The notes: a model not told the origin generated them from the letters alone. A stretch of 64,000 nucleotides of DNA from an uncultured delta proteobacterium (GCA_963845195.1 CAWJRH010000004.1:1796343-1860342); one strand, 5' to 3'. Counted from the stretch's first letter, positions 29,986 to 39,860 are shown. Made by a program: numbers and translations.

Positions 29986-30768
29986 TCAACCCCACGCGAC
30001 TGACAGGCCCCCATCGATCGTCACGAGGCTTCCGGTTTGCCAGGGTCGATCGAGAAGATCGACTATCACCTGCGCGACGTCCCCCGGCGTCCCGAGGCGC
30101 CCGAGCGGATGCCGGACGCGCAGCGCCTCGAGCTGCGCGTCGACGCGAGCCTGGAGTTCGGGGCCCGTCGGCGCCGGCTCGCCCGGCCGAAGACGGGGAG
30201 CGCGGACCATATCGGTGTCGACGACCCCAGGAAGAACCGCATTGACACGAATCTGCCGTGGAGCGAGCTCGAGCGCAAGAGTTTGTGTGATCGAGTTGAG
30301 CGCAGCCTTGGTCGCGGCGTAGACCGCGGTCCCCTCCACGCCATGAAGCGAAAGCGTGCTCGAAACGTTGACGATGGCCCCGCCGTCGTTGCCGAACGCC
30401 GCCGCAACGAGCTGCGTAAGGACGAGCGGTGCGACGAGATTCACGCGGAGCTGCTGGTCGATCGATTCCCGTTCGATGGCGCCTACCCTTGCGTATTGCG
30501 CGATGCCGGCGCAGTTCACGAGACCGTCGATGCCGCCAAACGCATCGACCGCCGACTGCACGATGCCGCCGAGCTGGTCGGTGTCCTCGAGGGCGGCCTC
30601 GAGCGGAACGAGTCGGTCCGCCGCCCCCTCGACGAGCGCATCGAGTCGCTGACGGTCGCGGCCGACGGCGATCACCCGCCCGCCCCTTGCAAGGATGGCG
30701 ACGGCGACCGCACGTCCGATGCCACGCGTCGCCCCGGTGACGATCACGCGTCCCTTCGAAACATCCAT
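29986..30768 (-). CDS. SDR family NAD(P)-dependent oxidoreductase
   Basis: TGATRGIG, NCAGI, NVSS, YAATK, IRVNAVLPG, RLGTPGDVA; start ATG 30768. Confidence 0.92.
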   Translation of the reverse strand: MDVSKGRVIVTGATRGIGRAVAVAILARGGRVIAVGRDRQRLDALVEGAADRLVPLEAALEDTDQLGGIVQSAVDAFGGIDGLVNCAGIAQYARVGAIERESIDQQLRVNLVAPLVLTQLVAAAFGNDGGAIVNVSSTLSLHGVEGTAVYAATKAALNSITQTLALELAPRQIRVNAVLPGVVDTDMVRAPRLRPGEPAPTGPELQARVDAQLEALRVRHPLGRLGTPGDVAQVIVDLLDRPWQTGSLVTIDGGLSVAWG

Positions 30769-30769
30769 C

Positions 30770-31516
30770 CTATTGGAGCTCCTGCGCTTTGCCCCACGGG
30801 GATTCGGCAGGCACATGGGCGGGTTCGCCCTCTACTTCGATCTCGTCCTCTTCTATGAAACGAGGAGAATCGACGCAGAGTATCGTTTGGATTCGGTCGG
30901 TCGGATTCGAGTACGTGTGGGCGGCACCGAGCGGCCAGCGGTGTACCGTACCCGGGGTGCAGGGAGCCCCCTGACAGAGCAATCCGTCGCCGAGCACCAT
31001 CTCGGCCTCGTGCATTTGTCGATGCAGATGGAGGGGGATCTCTCGCCCCGGCGCGATGTTCAGTCGGTAGATGCCAGCAGAGTGGGTTTCGTGAATCACG
31101 TCGACCGTTCCGAAGGGCTTCTCCTCGACCTCGAATCGGCACCATGCCGCGGGGCGATCGATCTCGAGCGAAGGGACCGCCACACCGCCGAGCGCCTGCG
31201 GCTTGGTGAGTCGGATCCGGACGGAGTCGAGCGCGGGACGGCGATCGTCGACGGAGGGTGGCGCCAACAGATAGCGCGCGAGCGCGTGCGCCGCGGTTTC
31301 CAACAGATGAAAGCGACAGCTTCGCAGCAGGAATACGAGCTCTTCGGTGGTCGCCGCATAGTCGACCGTCGACGCAAAGCTCTCTTTGACGCCAGCGAGT
31401 TCGGTATCGAGTCGCATTTCAACGTCGAGGCGTAGCGGCTGCGGGGTGTCCCGCTCGTGCGGGTAGACCCCGACCACGCAGTCGACGGTCAACTCTTCGA
31501 TGCGAAGGACATCCAC
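30770..31516 (-). CDS. folB: Dihydroneopterin aldolase (FolB) fused to a cupin domain
   Basis: N-half: IEELTVDCVVGVYPHER, STVDY, LLETAAH, RLTKPQAL. C-half cupin: IPLHLHRQMHE...HRWPLGAAHTYSNP. Confidence 0.85.
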   Translation of the reverse strand: MDVLRIEELTVDCVVGVYPHERDTPQPLRLDVEMRLDTELAGVKESFASTVDYAATTEELVFLLRSCRFHLLETAAHALARYLLAPPSVDDRRPALDSVRIRLTKPQALGGVAVPSLEIDRPAAWCRFEVEEKPFGTVDVIHETHSAGIYRLNIAPGREIPLHLHRQMHEAEMVLGDGLLCQGAPCTPGTVHRWPLGAAHTYSNPTDRIQTILCVDSPRFIEEDEIEVEGEPAHVPAESPWGKAQELQ

Positions 31517-31564
31517 GGCAGAAGGCTATCGCATTTCGCGACTTCTGCTAGAGCTCGCCCGCTC

Positions 31565-32842
31565 ATGGACCGGACCGACGCCGACGCTTCGAACGACGTC
31601 ACCGAGCTCGCGGCGTTTCGCCCCGTTCCCCGCACTGGCGTGATCTACGTCACGGTCGAGGCGCAGAAGCGAGGCTTCACGCTGGACGCACCCGGCTGGT
31701 GCAACCTCGGACAAGGCCAACCGGACACGGGTCCTCTGCCAGGAGCGCCCGCGCGCGTCACTCAGTTCGACGTGCGCCCCGATGATCTCGATTACGCGCC
31801 CGTGCCGGGGGTCTGGGAGCTCCGAGAGGCGGTCGCCGATTTGTACAACGGGCTCTTCCGACGGGGCATGAGATCTCAGTATTCCCCTGAGAATGTCGCA
31901 ATCGCCGGCGGCGGGCGGGTCGCCGTCATGCGGGCCTGCGCGGCGATCGCCCCGATTCACCTCGGTCACTTCCTGCCCGACTACACCGCGTACGAAGAAC
32001 TCCTCGACGTCTTTCGTCGATTTCTCCCGATTCCGATTCAGCTCGATCCGCAGTCGGGGTACGCTTTTTCCGGCGAGCAACTCGAACGAGCGATTCTAGG
32101 ACTCGGGCTCAACGCGATCTTGATGAGCAACCCATGCAACCCGACCGGCAAGGTGGTGCAGGGCTCGGTGCTCTCCGACTGGGTCGACCGTGCGCGCAAC
32201 CTCGGCTGCGCCCTGCTGATGGACGAGTTCTATTCGCACTACATCTGGGAGGGCGACGACACGATCGTAAGCGCGGCCCGGTACGTCGAAGACGTGGACG
32301 AAGACCCAATCGTCCTCTTCGATGGACTGACGAAGAACTGGCGGTACCCCGGCTTTCGGGTGAGCTGGATCGTCGGCCCGAAGCGCGTCATCGACTCGGC
32401 GGCCAGCGCGGGCTCATTCCTCCACGGGGGAGGCGTTGCTCCGATGCAGCGCGCAGCGTTCGATCTCGTCCAGGAGGCACCCACCCTGGCCGAAACGACG
32501 GCGATCCGCGACGAGTTCCGGGTGAAGCGCGACTTCCTCGTCCGAGGCCTCGAAGGCCTCGGGGTGAAATTCGACCTTGAGCCCGAAGGGACGTTCTACG
32601 CCTGGGGGGACATCAGCGAACTGCCGACGTCGCTCCGCGACGGGGATGCCTTCTTCAAGGCGGCGCTCGGGCAGAAGGTGATCAGCGTCCCGGGGCATTT
32701 CTTCGAAGTGAATCCAGGCAAGCGCCGTACGGGCCGTCCCTCGAGATTCGTGAACCACATTCGGTTCTCGTTTGGACCGCCCCTCCCCGTGCTCGAGGAG
32801 GCCCTCGCGCGCCTGGGCACCATGGTCGCAAACGCCCGCTAG
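31565..32842 (+). CDS. PLP-dependent aminotransferase class I/II
   Basis: NLGQGQP, YAPVPG, SNPCNPTG, MDEFY, GLTKNWRYPGFR; start ATG 31565. Confidence 0.92.
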   Translation: MDRTDADASNDVTELAAFRPVPRTGVIYVTVEAQKRGFTLDAPGWCNLGQGQPDTGPLPGAPARVTQFDVRPDDLDYAPVPGVWELREAVADLYNGLFRRGMRSQYSPENVAIAGGGRVAVMRACAAIAPIHLGHFLPDYTAYEELLDVFRRFLPIPIQLDPQSGYAFSGEQLERAILGLGLNAILMSNPCNPTGKVVQGSVLSDWVDRARNLGCALLMDEFYSHYIWEGDDTIVSAARYVEDVDEDPIVLFDGLTKNWRYPGFRVSWIVGPKRVIDSAASAGSFLHGGGVAPMQRAAFDLVQEAPTLAETTAIRDEFRVKRDFLVRGLEGLGVKFDLEPEGTFYAWGDISELPTSLRDGDAFFKAALGQKVISVPGHFFEVNPGKRRTGRPSRFVNHIRFSFGPPLPVLEEALARLGTMVANAR

Positions 32843-32921
32843 GATGCCCCACCCCCCCCGAACGGGACACCGAGCAGCAGCTTTTTTCACATGGAGGTCT
32901 GTGTAGGTAACCATACTACAT

Positions 32922-33785
32922 ATGACGACAGCTACCGCTGCCGCAAGGCGTCCGACTCAGCAGCCGAGAGAAGCCGCCCCTTTCGTGAAATGGGCCGGAG
33001 GCAAAGGCCGACTTCTCAGCCAGCTTCGACCGATGCTCCCTGCAGGTCTCGACAAGATGCGGCACGTCGAGCCCTTCGTCGGCGGCGGGGCGCTGTTCTT
33101 CTCTCGCAGTCCGAAGCGGGCGCTGCTGCACGACATCAACCCATCGCTGGTAGCCACCTATACGGCGATACGGGACGAGGTTGACGGCGTAATCGCAGGC
33201 CTCGAGCGCTTGGCATCGAAACACTCGAAGGAGCGCTACTACCAAGTGCGCGAGCGGTACAACGCAGGGCGCAGGCTTGGCCCTTCGACGAGAGCGGCGA
33301 TGTTCATCTACCTGAACAAGACCTGCTTCAACGGCCTGCACCGGGTCAATCGCAAGGGGGAGTTCAACGTCCCCGTCGGCTCATACAAGAACCCGAAGAT
33401 CCTCGACGAAGGCGCACTGCGCACCGCAAGTCGCGCGCTCGCGTCCGCGGAACTCGCCTGTGAGGGCTTCGAAGGTCTGCTCGAGCGGGGCAAGCCTGGC
33501 GACTTCGTGTACTTCGATCCGCCCTACGAGCCGGTCTCCGACACCGCAAGCTTCACCTCGTACTCGCGTGACGGATTCAATCGCGCCGACCAGACGAGAC
33601 TGCGCGACGTCTACCGCGCGCTCGACCGCCGCGGATGCAAGCTCATGCTGTCCAACAGCGACGTGCCCTTTATTCGAGACCTCTATCGCGACTTTCGAAT
33701 CGACACCGTCGCGGCGCCTCGTGCGATCAACTGCAACGCGGCAAAGCGCGGCAAGGTCGCCGAAGTAGTCGTACGCAACTACTAG
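32922..33785 (+). CDS. Dam/D12-class DNA adenine methyltransferase, orphan
   Basis: FVKWAGGK, EPFVGGGA, DINP, YLNKTCFNGL, NVPVG, YFDPPY, MLSNSD. Confidence 0.94.
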   Translation: MTTATAAARRPTQQPREAAPFVKWAGGKGRLLSQLRPMLPAGLDKMRHVEPFVGGGALFFSRSPKRALLHDINPSLVATYTAIRDEVDGVIAGLERLASKHSKERYYQVRERYNAGRRLGPSTRAAMFIYLNKTCFNGLHRVNRKGEFNVPVGSYKNPKILDEGALRTASRALASAELACEGFEGLLERGKPGDFVYFDPPYEPVSDTASFTSYSRDGFNRADQTRLRDVYRALDRRGCKLMLSNSDVPFIRDLYRDFRIDTVAAPRAINCNAAKRGKVAEVVVRNY

Positions 33786-33846
33786 GTCGCCAAGCCCGCC
33801 AGCGTGACGGTTCGCAACGACGAGCGGATACGCGCCGCGCCATCTC

Positions 33847-35151
33847 TTACGCGACCCTCCGGGCGTAAGCGCTCAAGCCCCATGCTGCGGTGAGTGCGGC
33901 CATCGGCGCAAATACGCCCGCCAGTCCCGCAAGCGCGAGATGAAGCGTACCGTCGCCCCCGAGCACGTGCGTGGTGAGCCAGCCCACCAGGGGTGGTCCC
34001 AGCCCGAGGCCGAGCATATTCGTCGCGAACAGCAGCAGCGCCGAAGCGAGCGCGCGCATCTCGTTCGGAGTCGCCGTCTGCAGGGCCGCGATGGCAGGCC
34101 CGAAGTAGCTGCTCATGAGAAACAGGATCGGCACCGCCATCCAGAGCGCGCCCTGCTCCGTGGGCATCAGTGGACCGGCGATTCCGGGCACAATCCAGAG
34201 CACCGCGGCAAGCATGACCACCCGCAGATTGGCGTCTGCGAACCTGGGGCGAAGGCGCTCGGCCAGAAGACCACCACTGAGAGCACCAAGGCTCCCCGCA
34301 ACGATGAAGATCCAGCCGAACGTCAGGCCGATCTCGCTCGGCTCCGCACCGAAATTGCGAATCAGCATCTCGACGTACCAGGTGATCGTCCCGTACCCGA
34401 GAATGGACAGCATCGCGACGCTGCCGATGATCGCGCCGTAAACGCGTCCGTGCTCACGGAAGTATGAGAGCACCTCGCTCAATGGTACCGATTCGCCCTC
34501 GGCAACGGTGCGCCCCTGGCGTACCGGCTCGGCGATGGTCCAGGCGAGAAGGCCCACGATCAACCCTGGCAAGCCGACCACGATGAAGGTCAGTTGCCAT
34601 GGCTCGAGCGGCCCGAACCAAGGCAGGGAGATTTCCGAATCACCTACGGCACCGAGGACCCATCCACCGACCATGTACGCCATGCCGCCACCGAGCGTGA
34701 TGCCCAGGGTGAAGATCGAGAGCGCTCGCGGAAGCAAGCGGGGAGGAAAGAGGTCGCTCAGGAGCGAATGGGCCGGCGGCGAAAGCGCCGCCTCTCCGAT
34801 GCCGACCCCCATCCGCGCGACGAACAGCCCTCCGAAGCTGCGCACGAGCCCACAGGCGCAGGTCATCAGACTCCAAAACAACACGCCGACGCCCACGATC
34901 GTACGGCGGCTACCGCGGTCGGCGAGGCGCGCAATCGGTACGCCGAGCAACGTATAGAAGAGCGTGAACGCCAGCCCGTGAAGCAGACCGTACTGAAAGT
35001 CCGAAATCTGAAAAGACGCGCGAATGGGCCCAACGAGGATCGCCATCACGTTCCTATCGACGAACGAAAGGATGTAGGCGACCAGCAGCACCGTGAGCGC
35101 CCAGCGAGCACGGACCGGACGCATTGACGGGCTTGGGGCGGGCTGGACCAC
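33847..35151 (-). CDS. MFS transporter (spinster-like)
   Basis: LSFVDRN, GLLHGLAFTLFY, ARLADRGSRR, RMGVGIGEA; about 12 TM segments. Confidence 0.92.
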   Translation of the reverse strand: MVQPAPSPSMRPVRARWALTVLLVAYILSFVDRNVMAILVGPIRASFQISDFQYGLLHGLAFTLFYTLLGVPIARLADRGSRRTIVGVGVLFWSLMTCACGLVRSFGGLFVARMGVGIGEAALSPPAHSLLSDLFPPRLLPRALSIFTLGITLGGGMAYMVGGWVLGAVGDSEISLPWFGPLEPWQLTFIVVGLPGLIVGLLAWTIAEPVRQGRTVAEGESVPLSEVLSYFREHGRVYGAIIGSVAMLSILGYGTITWYVEMLIRNFGAEPSEIGLTFGWIFIVAGSLGALSGGLLAERLRPRFADANLRVVMLAAVLWIVPGIAGPLMPTEQGALWMAVPILFLMSSYFGPAIAALQTATPNEMRALASALLLFATNMLGLGLGPPLVGWLTTHVLGGDGTLHLALAGLAGVFAPMAALTAAWGLSAYARRVA

Positions 35152-35196
35152 GGCGGCCGTTGTCTAGCACAGGTCGGGGTCGCCCCAGACGCCGAT

Positions 35197-36165
35197 TCAG
35201 GCCGGCGGTTCCGCTTCGAGGGGTTGAAACGGCGGGGGCGACACCTGCCAAGAGACGAAGCCAAGCGCGACCGTGGCAAGATTGATGCAAAGAAAGATCA
35301 GTAGCCCGAACGCCACTCCCTGAGCGGCGGCTAATCCCAACGCGGGGAACGCCACCGCGAGAAAGAGCTCACGCACGCCGACGCCGGAGATCGAGATGGG
35401 CATCAGACCGAGCAGGCTGGTCGCTGCCATCAGCGCGGCGACGTCGAGGTAGCTGAGCCCGAGACCCATCGCCCCTGCAACGAGCCAGCCTTGTAGATAG
35501 TTGATCGCAAACGCGGGAATGGTGAGGGGAATGGCGACGGAGATCGCAGGTCGGATCAACCGACGCAGCGCGTTCAAGAGTGCATCGAGGCTCGCATGCC
35601 ATCGTTCGGCGAAGCGACGGAGGACGGTCGACACCAGTTTTTGAGGTCCGCGCGCAACGGCGATCAGGGGCAAGGCAAGAGCCACCGCAACCGCGATCCA
35701 AGTGACATGCACGAGATCTCCTTGGAGCTCCGTCGCAAAGTGCGCGGCCCCGAGCGCAGCCACCGCGGCGAGGACGTAGAGATCGCAGAAGCGATCCATC
35801 AGCGTGGTGGCCAGTCCCTCGGAGTACGGGGTGTCGATCTCGCGATGCACGTATTGAACGCGCAGTGCGTCACCGATGCGGCCGGGGGTGAGCATCCCGA
35901 GGTAGAGAGAAGAAAGGACGGCGGCGTAGCTGCGGCGCATCGAGTACGGGTAACCGCGCGCCAGAAGCAGCCTTCGCCAGCGCTCCACTTTGAGATGAAT
36001 GACCGGTAGGTTCAGCGCGACCGCCGCAGCGAGCCAAGACCACCGTGCCTCGGTCAAAGCAGCCCAAAGGGCATCGTTGTCGTCGAGTCGCCAGACGACG
36101 AGCACCAAGATGATGGGGCCAATCAGGCGAATCCACAGGCGCACGAAATCAGAGCGACCCACCAT
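35197..36165 (-). CDS. Lysylphosphatidylglycerol-synthase-TM / flippase-like membrane protein (UPF0104/YbhN)
   Basis: ERWRRLL, GMLTPGRIGDALR, MDRFCD, MPISISGVGVRE. Confidence 0.88.
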   Translation of the reverse strand: MVGRSDFVRLWIRLIGPIILVLVVWRLDDNDALWAALTEARWSWLAAAVALNLPVIHLKVERWRRLLLARGYPYSMRRSYAAVLSSLYLGMLTPGRIGDALRVQYVHREIDTPYSEGLATTLMDRFCDLYVLAAVAALGAAHFATELQGDLVHVTWIAVAVALALPLIAVARGPQKLVSTVLRRFAERWHASLDALLNALRRLIRPAISVAIPLTIPAFAINYLQGWLVAGAMGLGLSYLDVAALMAATSLLGLMPISISGVGVRELFLAVAFPALGLAAAQGVAFGLLIFLCINLATVALGFVSWQVSPPPFQPLEAEPPA

Positions 36166-36239
36166 TGATTGCCGGCAGACTATACACGAGCGACCTCATC
36201 GAGGCACGAAGACTAGCGCCGAGCCTAACGGCGAGTATT

Positions 36240-37835
36240 GTGACTCGCGTGTTCAATAGATTGCTGTCGTTGCTATGGCGCAACCTCGGCTGGTGCGTTG
36301 GCTTGGTGCTGGTGTCGACTTGGGTCGTTGGGTGCGAGGTCCGACAACGGCCGCAGAACGTCATTCTGGTGAGCGTCGACACGCTGCGGCCCGATGCACT
36401 CGGTGCCTACGGTCGCGCATATGCCAAGACCCCGAACCTCGATGCGCTGGCCGAGGCCGGTGTCACCTTCACGCGAGCCTACGCGCCGATGCCGCGCACG
36501 ACGCCCTCGCTGGCCTCGATGCTCACCGGCCTGTCGCCTCATAGGCACGGGTCGCGCGAGGTCAGAAGCCCTGTCGTCAGCGGCACGTTTCTGACTACCC
36601 CGCTCAAGGAATCGGGTTTCGCGACCGTGGCTGTCACGGCGAATCCGACCGCAGGCAAGAACCAGGGATTCGCGACCGACTTCGACTCGTTCGAAGAAAG
36701 CATGCGATTCGACGCCGAAGAAGTCACCAACCGGGTCCTGCGGACCGTCCGGGACATCCCGGCGACGAAGCCGCTGTTCGTATGGGCGCACTACTACGAC
36801 CCGCACTGGCCGTACGCGGCGCCGGCGGCCTGGAGGAGCCCGACCGAGGATGCGTGCGATGCACTGACGAAGCTCGACCGAGGCGTCAAACAGTCGAACG
36901 AAGGGAACCTTGCGCAGAACGCGATGGAGAGCTGCCAAGCAGCGTACGCCTCTGAGGTGGCGTACGTCGACCGACAGATTGGAAGGCTCTTCGACGCGCT
37001 GGCAGCGGCGGGGCGACTCGACGATTCGCTCGTCGTCTTCACCTCCGACCATGGAGAGAACTTCGGCGAAGACGGACTCTACTTTGCCCATGGGCCAAGC
37101 GTTCATGAGGCGGGCCTGCGGGTGCCCTTGATCGTCTCGGGGCCGGGGGTGCGGCGCGGACACACCGACGACTCGGTGATTCGCCTCATCGACGTCGGGC
37201 CGACCGTGCTCGCTGCGCTAGGACTTGACCCAATCCCGGACGTTGACGGCAGCCCTCGAACCGACCTCCTCGATGCAGGGGCGCTCGGCCGCCTGAAGCG
37301 GTGGTGGCGCGGCCCCGCAGAAGGCGAGCAAGTACTGTCGTTCGCGGAGAGCGGCGGCGCGCTGCTGGTCAAAGACCACACGTCGCTCCTCGCGGGACGG
37401 CCGCGCACCGGGTACTGCCTCAACGACGGCGAGTACTCGCTTTGCTGGAAAGACGACACCGAAGGCGCATTGTTCCACCGACGGCTCGATCCCGCCCTCG
37501 AACACGACCTCCAGCAAGAGCAACCGGAACGGTTCGCAACCATGAGCGAGGCGAGGCGGCGATGGAAACCAGGAAGCACTCGCATGCGGAGCGTCACAGA
37601 CGGGCGCTTCAAACTAATCGAGCGCCCGCGACTCGCGGGCGGCTATTCGCTGACCTTGGTCGACTTCGTCACCGACCCAACGGAGACCGTGCCTGTGGGG
37701 GACGAGCACCCCGACCTGTTCCAACACTTCTCGTCTGTCCTCCACGCATGGACCCGGAATACGGCCGGCTACGTCCAAGAGGAGCTCTCCGACATCGAGG
37801 AAGCTCAGTTACGTGCACTCGGATACGTGGAGTAG
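36240..37835 (+). CDS. Sulfatase-like alkaline-phosphatase-superfamily hydrolase/transferase, exported
   Basis: NVILVSVDTLRPD, TTPSLASMLTG, HYYDPHWPY, TSDHGE, LRALGYVE tail; N-terminal lipoprotein-like VVG-C. Start GTG 36240 approximate. Confidence 0.88.
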   Translation: MTRVFNRLLSLLWRNLGWCVGLVLVSTWVVGCEVRQRPQNVILVSVDTLRPDALGAYGRAYAKTPNLDALAEAGVTFTRAYAPMPRTTPSLASMLTGLSPHRHGSREVRSPVVSGTFLTTPLKESGFATVAVTANPTAGKNQGFATDFDSFEESMRFDAEEVTNRVLRTVRDIPATKPLFVWAHYYDPHWPYAAPAAWRSPTEDACDALTKLDRGVKQSNEGNLAQNAMESCQAAYASEVAYVDRQIGRLFDALAAAGRLDDSLVVFTSDHGENFGEDGLYFAHGPSVHEAGLRVPLIVSGPGVRRGHTDDSVIRLIDVGPTVLAALGLDPIPDVDGSPRTDLLDAGALGRLKRWWRGPAEGEQVLSFAESGGALLVKDHTSLLAGRPRTGYCLNDGEYSLCWKDDTEGALFHRRLDPALEHDLQQEQPERFATMSEARRRWKPGSTRMRSVTDGRFKLIERPRLAGGYSLTLVDFVTDPTETVPVGDEHPDLFQHFSSVLHAWTRNTAGYVQEELSDIEEAQLRALGYVE

Positions 37836-37848
37836 GACGAATCGAGTG

Positions 37849-39576
37849 ATGACCGGCACAAGCCTCGACACGGTGCGCACGCAAAGCACGGCGATCGCCG
37901 TCGCGGGACTGATCCTGCTCACGATGGCAACGCTTCTGTCGTGGGGCTATCGCGATAAGTCCCCGACGGAAGACGAATGGGCGCATCTCACGCGCGGGGT
38001 CGCGTACTATCAGGGTTGGGACGCGAGGCTTCACTACTCTCACCCCCCGTTTGCCAACGCGGTCCAGGGACTCGCCTCTCTTGGTCAGGACCTCCCGCGG
38101 ATGGACCAAGCTCGGTATTGGAAAGACGCCGATGTCGGCCGGGTGGCACTGCAGTTCATCCGAAGCGACTACCCCCGAGCGCGCGATCTATTGATGCGTG
38201 CACGAGTCATCACGATGTGTTTCGGCCTGGCGTTGGCTGCGTACGCGTTCTTCTGGGGGTTCTCTCTCTTTGGTCCGCTGACGGGCCTTCTCGCGATGGC
38301 GTTCGTCGCGTTCAATCCTACGGTCCTCGCGCAGGCGCGCTACGTCACCACCGACATGGCGGCAGGAGCGATGATGACGATCGCAATCGGCGAACTGAGT
38401 CGCTTTCTCGCCGGCAACACCGGCAAAGCCACAAGCTGGCTCGTCCCGGTCTGGCTTGGGCTGGCAGCGGCCACCAAGCACACCGGAACCTTGCTGATCC
38501 CCCTGTTTGCCGTCGCGACGGTCCTCTTCTTCTTCGTTGCGAAGGGACGCTACTCGCAGTCTCGACCGGCCTGGTGGAAGCTAGGACTCCAGATTCTCGG
38601 GGGCGGCCTGATCGCCTGGTTCGTCCTCAGCGCGACGTACAAGTTCGACAATACCTTCCTGCCAGTGGCCGAGTTCCTCGAGGTGCCGGAGCCGCGCCAC
38701 TGGACCCTCGGTAAGGACCGCGGTCAGGTGCTCGAACTCGACACCCCCCTGTCGAGCCTCCCGAGCTGGATGCCTATACCGTTTCCCCAAGTGTACGTAG
38801 TGGGCCTTGCATCGGTGCGCAGACACAACGCTCGAGGCTTCCGGTCGTACTTCATGGGCGAGCCGCGCAAGCTCGGGCACCCCGGGTACTTCCCGCTGAT
38901 GATGCTGATCAAGAACCCTCCCGCGATGCTGTTCGGTCTGCTGGCGGGACTCGCCTGGTGGGTCCGAACGCGTCGCCGGCCTTCGGCGGCAGTTGTCTGC
39001 GTCGCTGGGATGGCGAGCGTCCTACTTGCATCGATGATGAACTCCAACCTCATCATGGGGGTGAGACATGCGCTCCCCATCGTGGGGCTCCTCACCCTTC
39101 TCGCCGGCCGTGGCGCTGCGCTGGTGCTCGAAAGCCTCGGCAAGAACATTGCGATCCTCACCGCTGCCTGGATCGGGGCGACCGCAGGATCGGCAGTGCT
39201 CGCAGCACCCTTCTATCTCGGGTACTTCAATTTCCTCGCCGGTGGCCGAGATGCGGGGCACGAGATCAGCATCTACGGGGAAGACTGGGGACAGGACCGC
39301 GTCTACCTGGCGCGCTACGTGGAAGAGCACGAACTCTCACCCTTCTACTACAACCCCATGACCCCCACGCGGCTTGAAGAAGTGCGCTATCTCGGTCTCG
39401 ACTCGCTCCCGCTCGGATGCAACACGACACCGCCGCCAGGGTCCTATGCCGCGCTGCACGCCCTGTCCTTCAAGACGACGACGCGGGACTGCTGGCGCTG
39501 GCGCCATGGGCTGGAGCCGATCGCGCACATCAATAACCACATCTATATCTGGAAGATCCCTCAAAGAGACGAGTGA
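37849..39576 (+). CDS. GT-C fold glycosyltransferase (GT39/PMT/ArnT-like)
   Basis: SPTEDEWAH acidic motif after first TM, HPP, YVTTDM, AATKHTG, many TMs, DWGQD. Confidence 0.85.
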   Translation: MTGTSLDTVRTQSTAIAVAGLILLTMATLLSWGYRDKSPTEDEWAHLTRGVAYYQGWDARLHYSHPPFANAVQGLASLGQDLPRMDQARYWKDADVGRVALQFIRSDYPRARDLLMRARVITMCFGLALAAYAFFWGFSLFGPLTGLLAMAFVAFNPTVLAQARYVTTDMAAGAMMTIAIGELSRFLAGNTGKATSWLVPVWLGLAAATKHTGTLLIPLFAVATVLFFFVAKGRYSQSRPAWWKLGLQILGGGLIAWFVLSATYKFDNTFLPVAEFLEVPEPRHWTLGKDRGQVLELDTPLSSLPSWMPIPFPQVYVVGLASVRRHNARGFRSYFMGEPRKLGHPGYFPLMMLIKNPPAMLFGLLAGLAWWVRTRRRPSAAVVCVAGMASVLLASMMNSNLIMGVRHALPIVGLLTLLAGRGAALVLESLGKNIAILTAAWIGATAGSAVLAAPFYLGYFNFLAGGRDAGHEISIYGEDWGQDRVYLARYVEEHELSPFYYNPMTPTRLEEVRYLGLDSLPLGCNTTPPPGSYAALHALSFKTTTRDCWRWRHGLEPIAHINNHIYIWKIPQRDE

Positions 39577-39580
39577 ACGT

Positions 39581-39781
39581 TCACTCCGGGCGACCGGCAG
39601 CGCGCTGAATCTCGCGCGGATAAGGGCAGTGTCGACAGCCCGATCCGCAGCACCTGTTGCGCGCCTCCAAAAAAGCCGCCGTCATGACGAAGAGGCCGGT
39701 TTCAGGGTCGATGTAGCCGTCCTCGCCGCGCTCGATGGCGCGTCGGTGCGCTCGTTCGACGGCGTCGCTCAGCTCAGACAC
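39581..39781 (-). CDS. DUF5522-type small Cys-rich protein
   Basis: YIDPETGLFVMT...RNRCCGSGCRHCPY; start GTG 39781 tentative. Confidence 0.78.
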   Translation of the reverse strand: MSELSDAVERAHRRAIERGEDGYIDPETGLFVMTAAFLEARNRCCGSGCRHCPYPREIQRAAGRPE

Positions 39782-39860
39782 GCAGGCATTCTGGGTCCGA
39801 AGGGGAACATCGCAAGGGCGTCGACGACGATCTGAGCCATCCGTCCTCGACAGGGATGCA

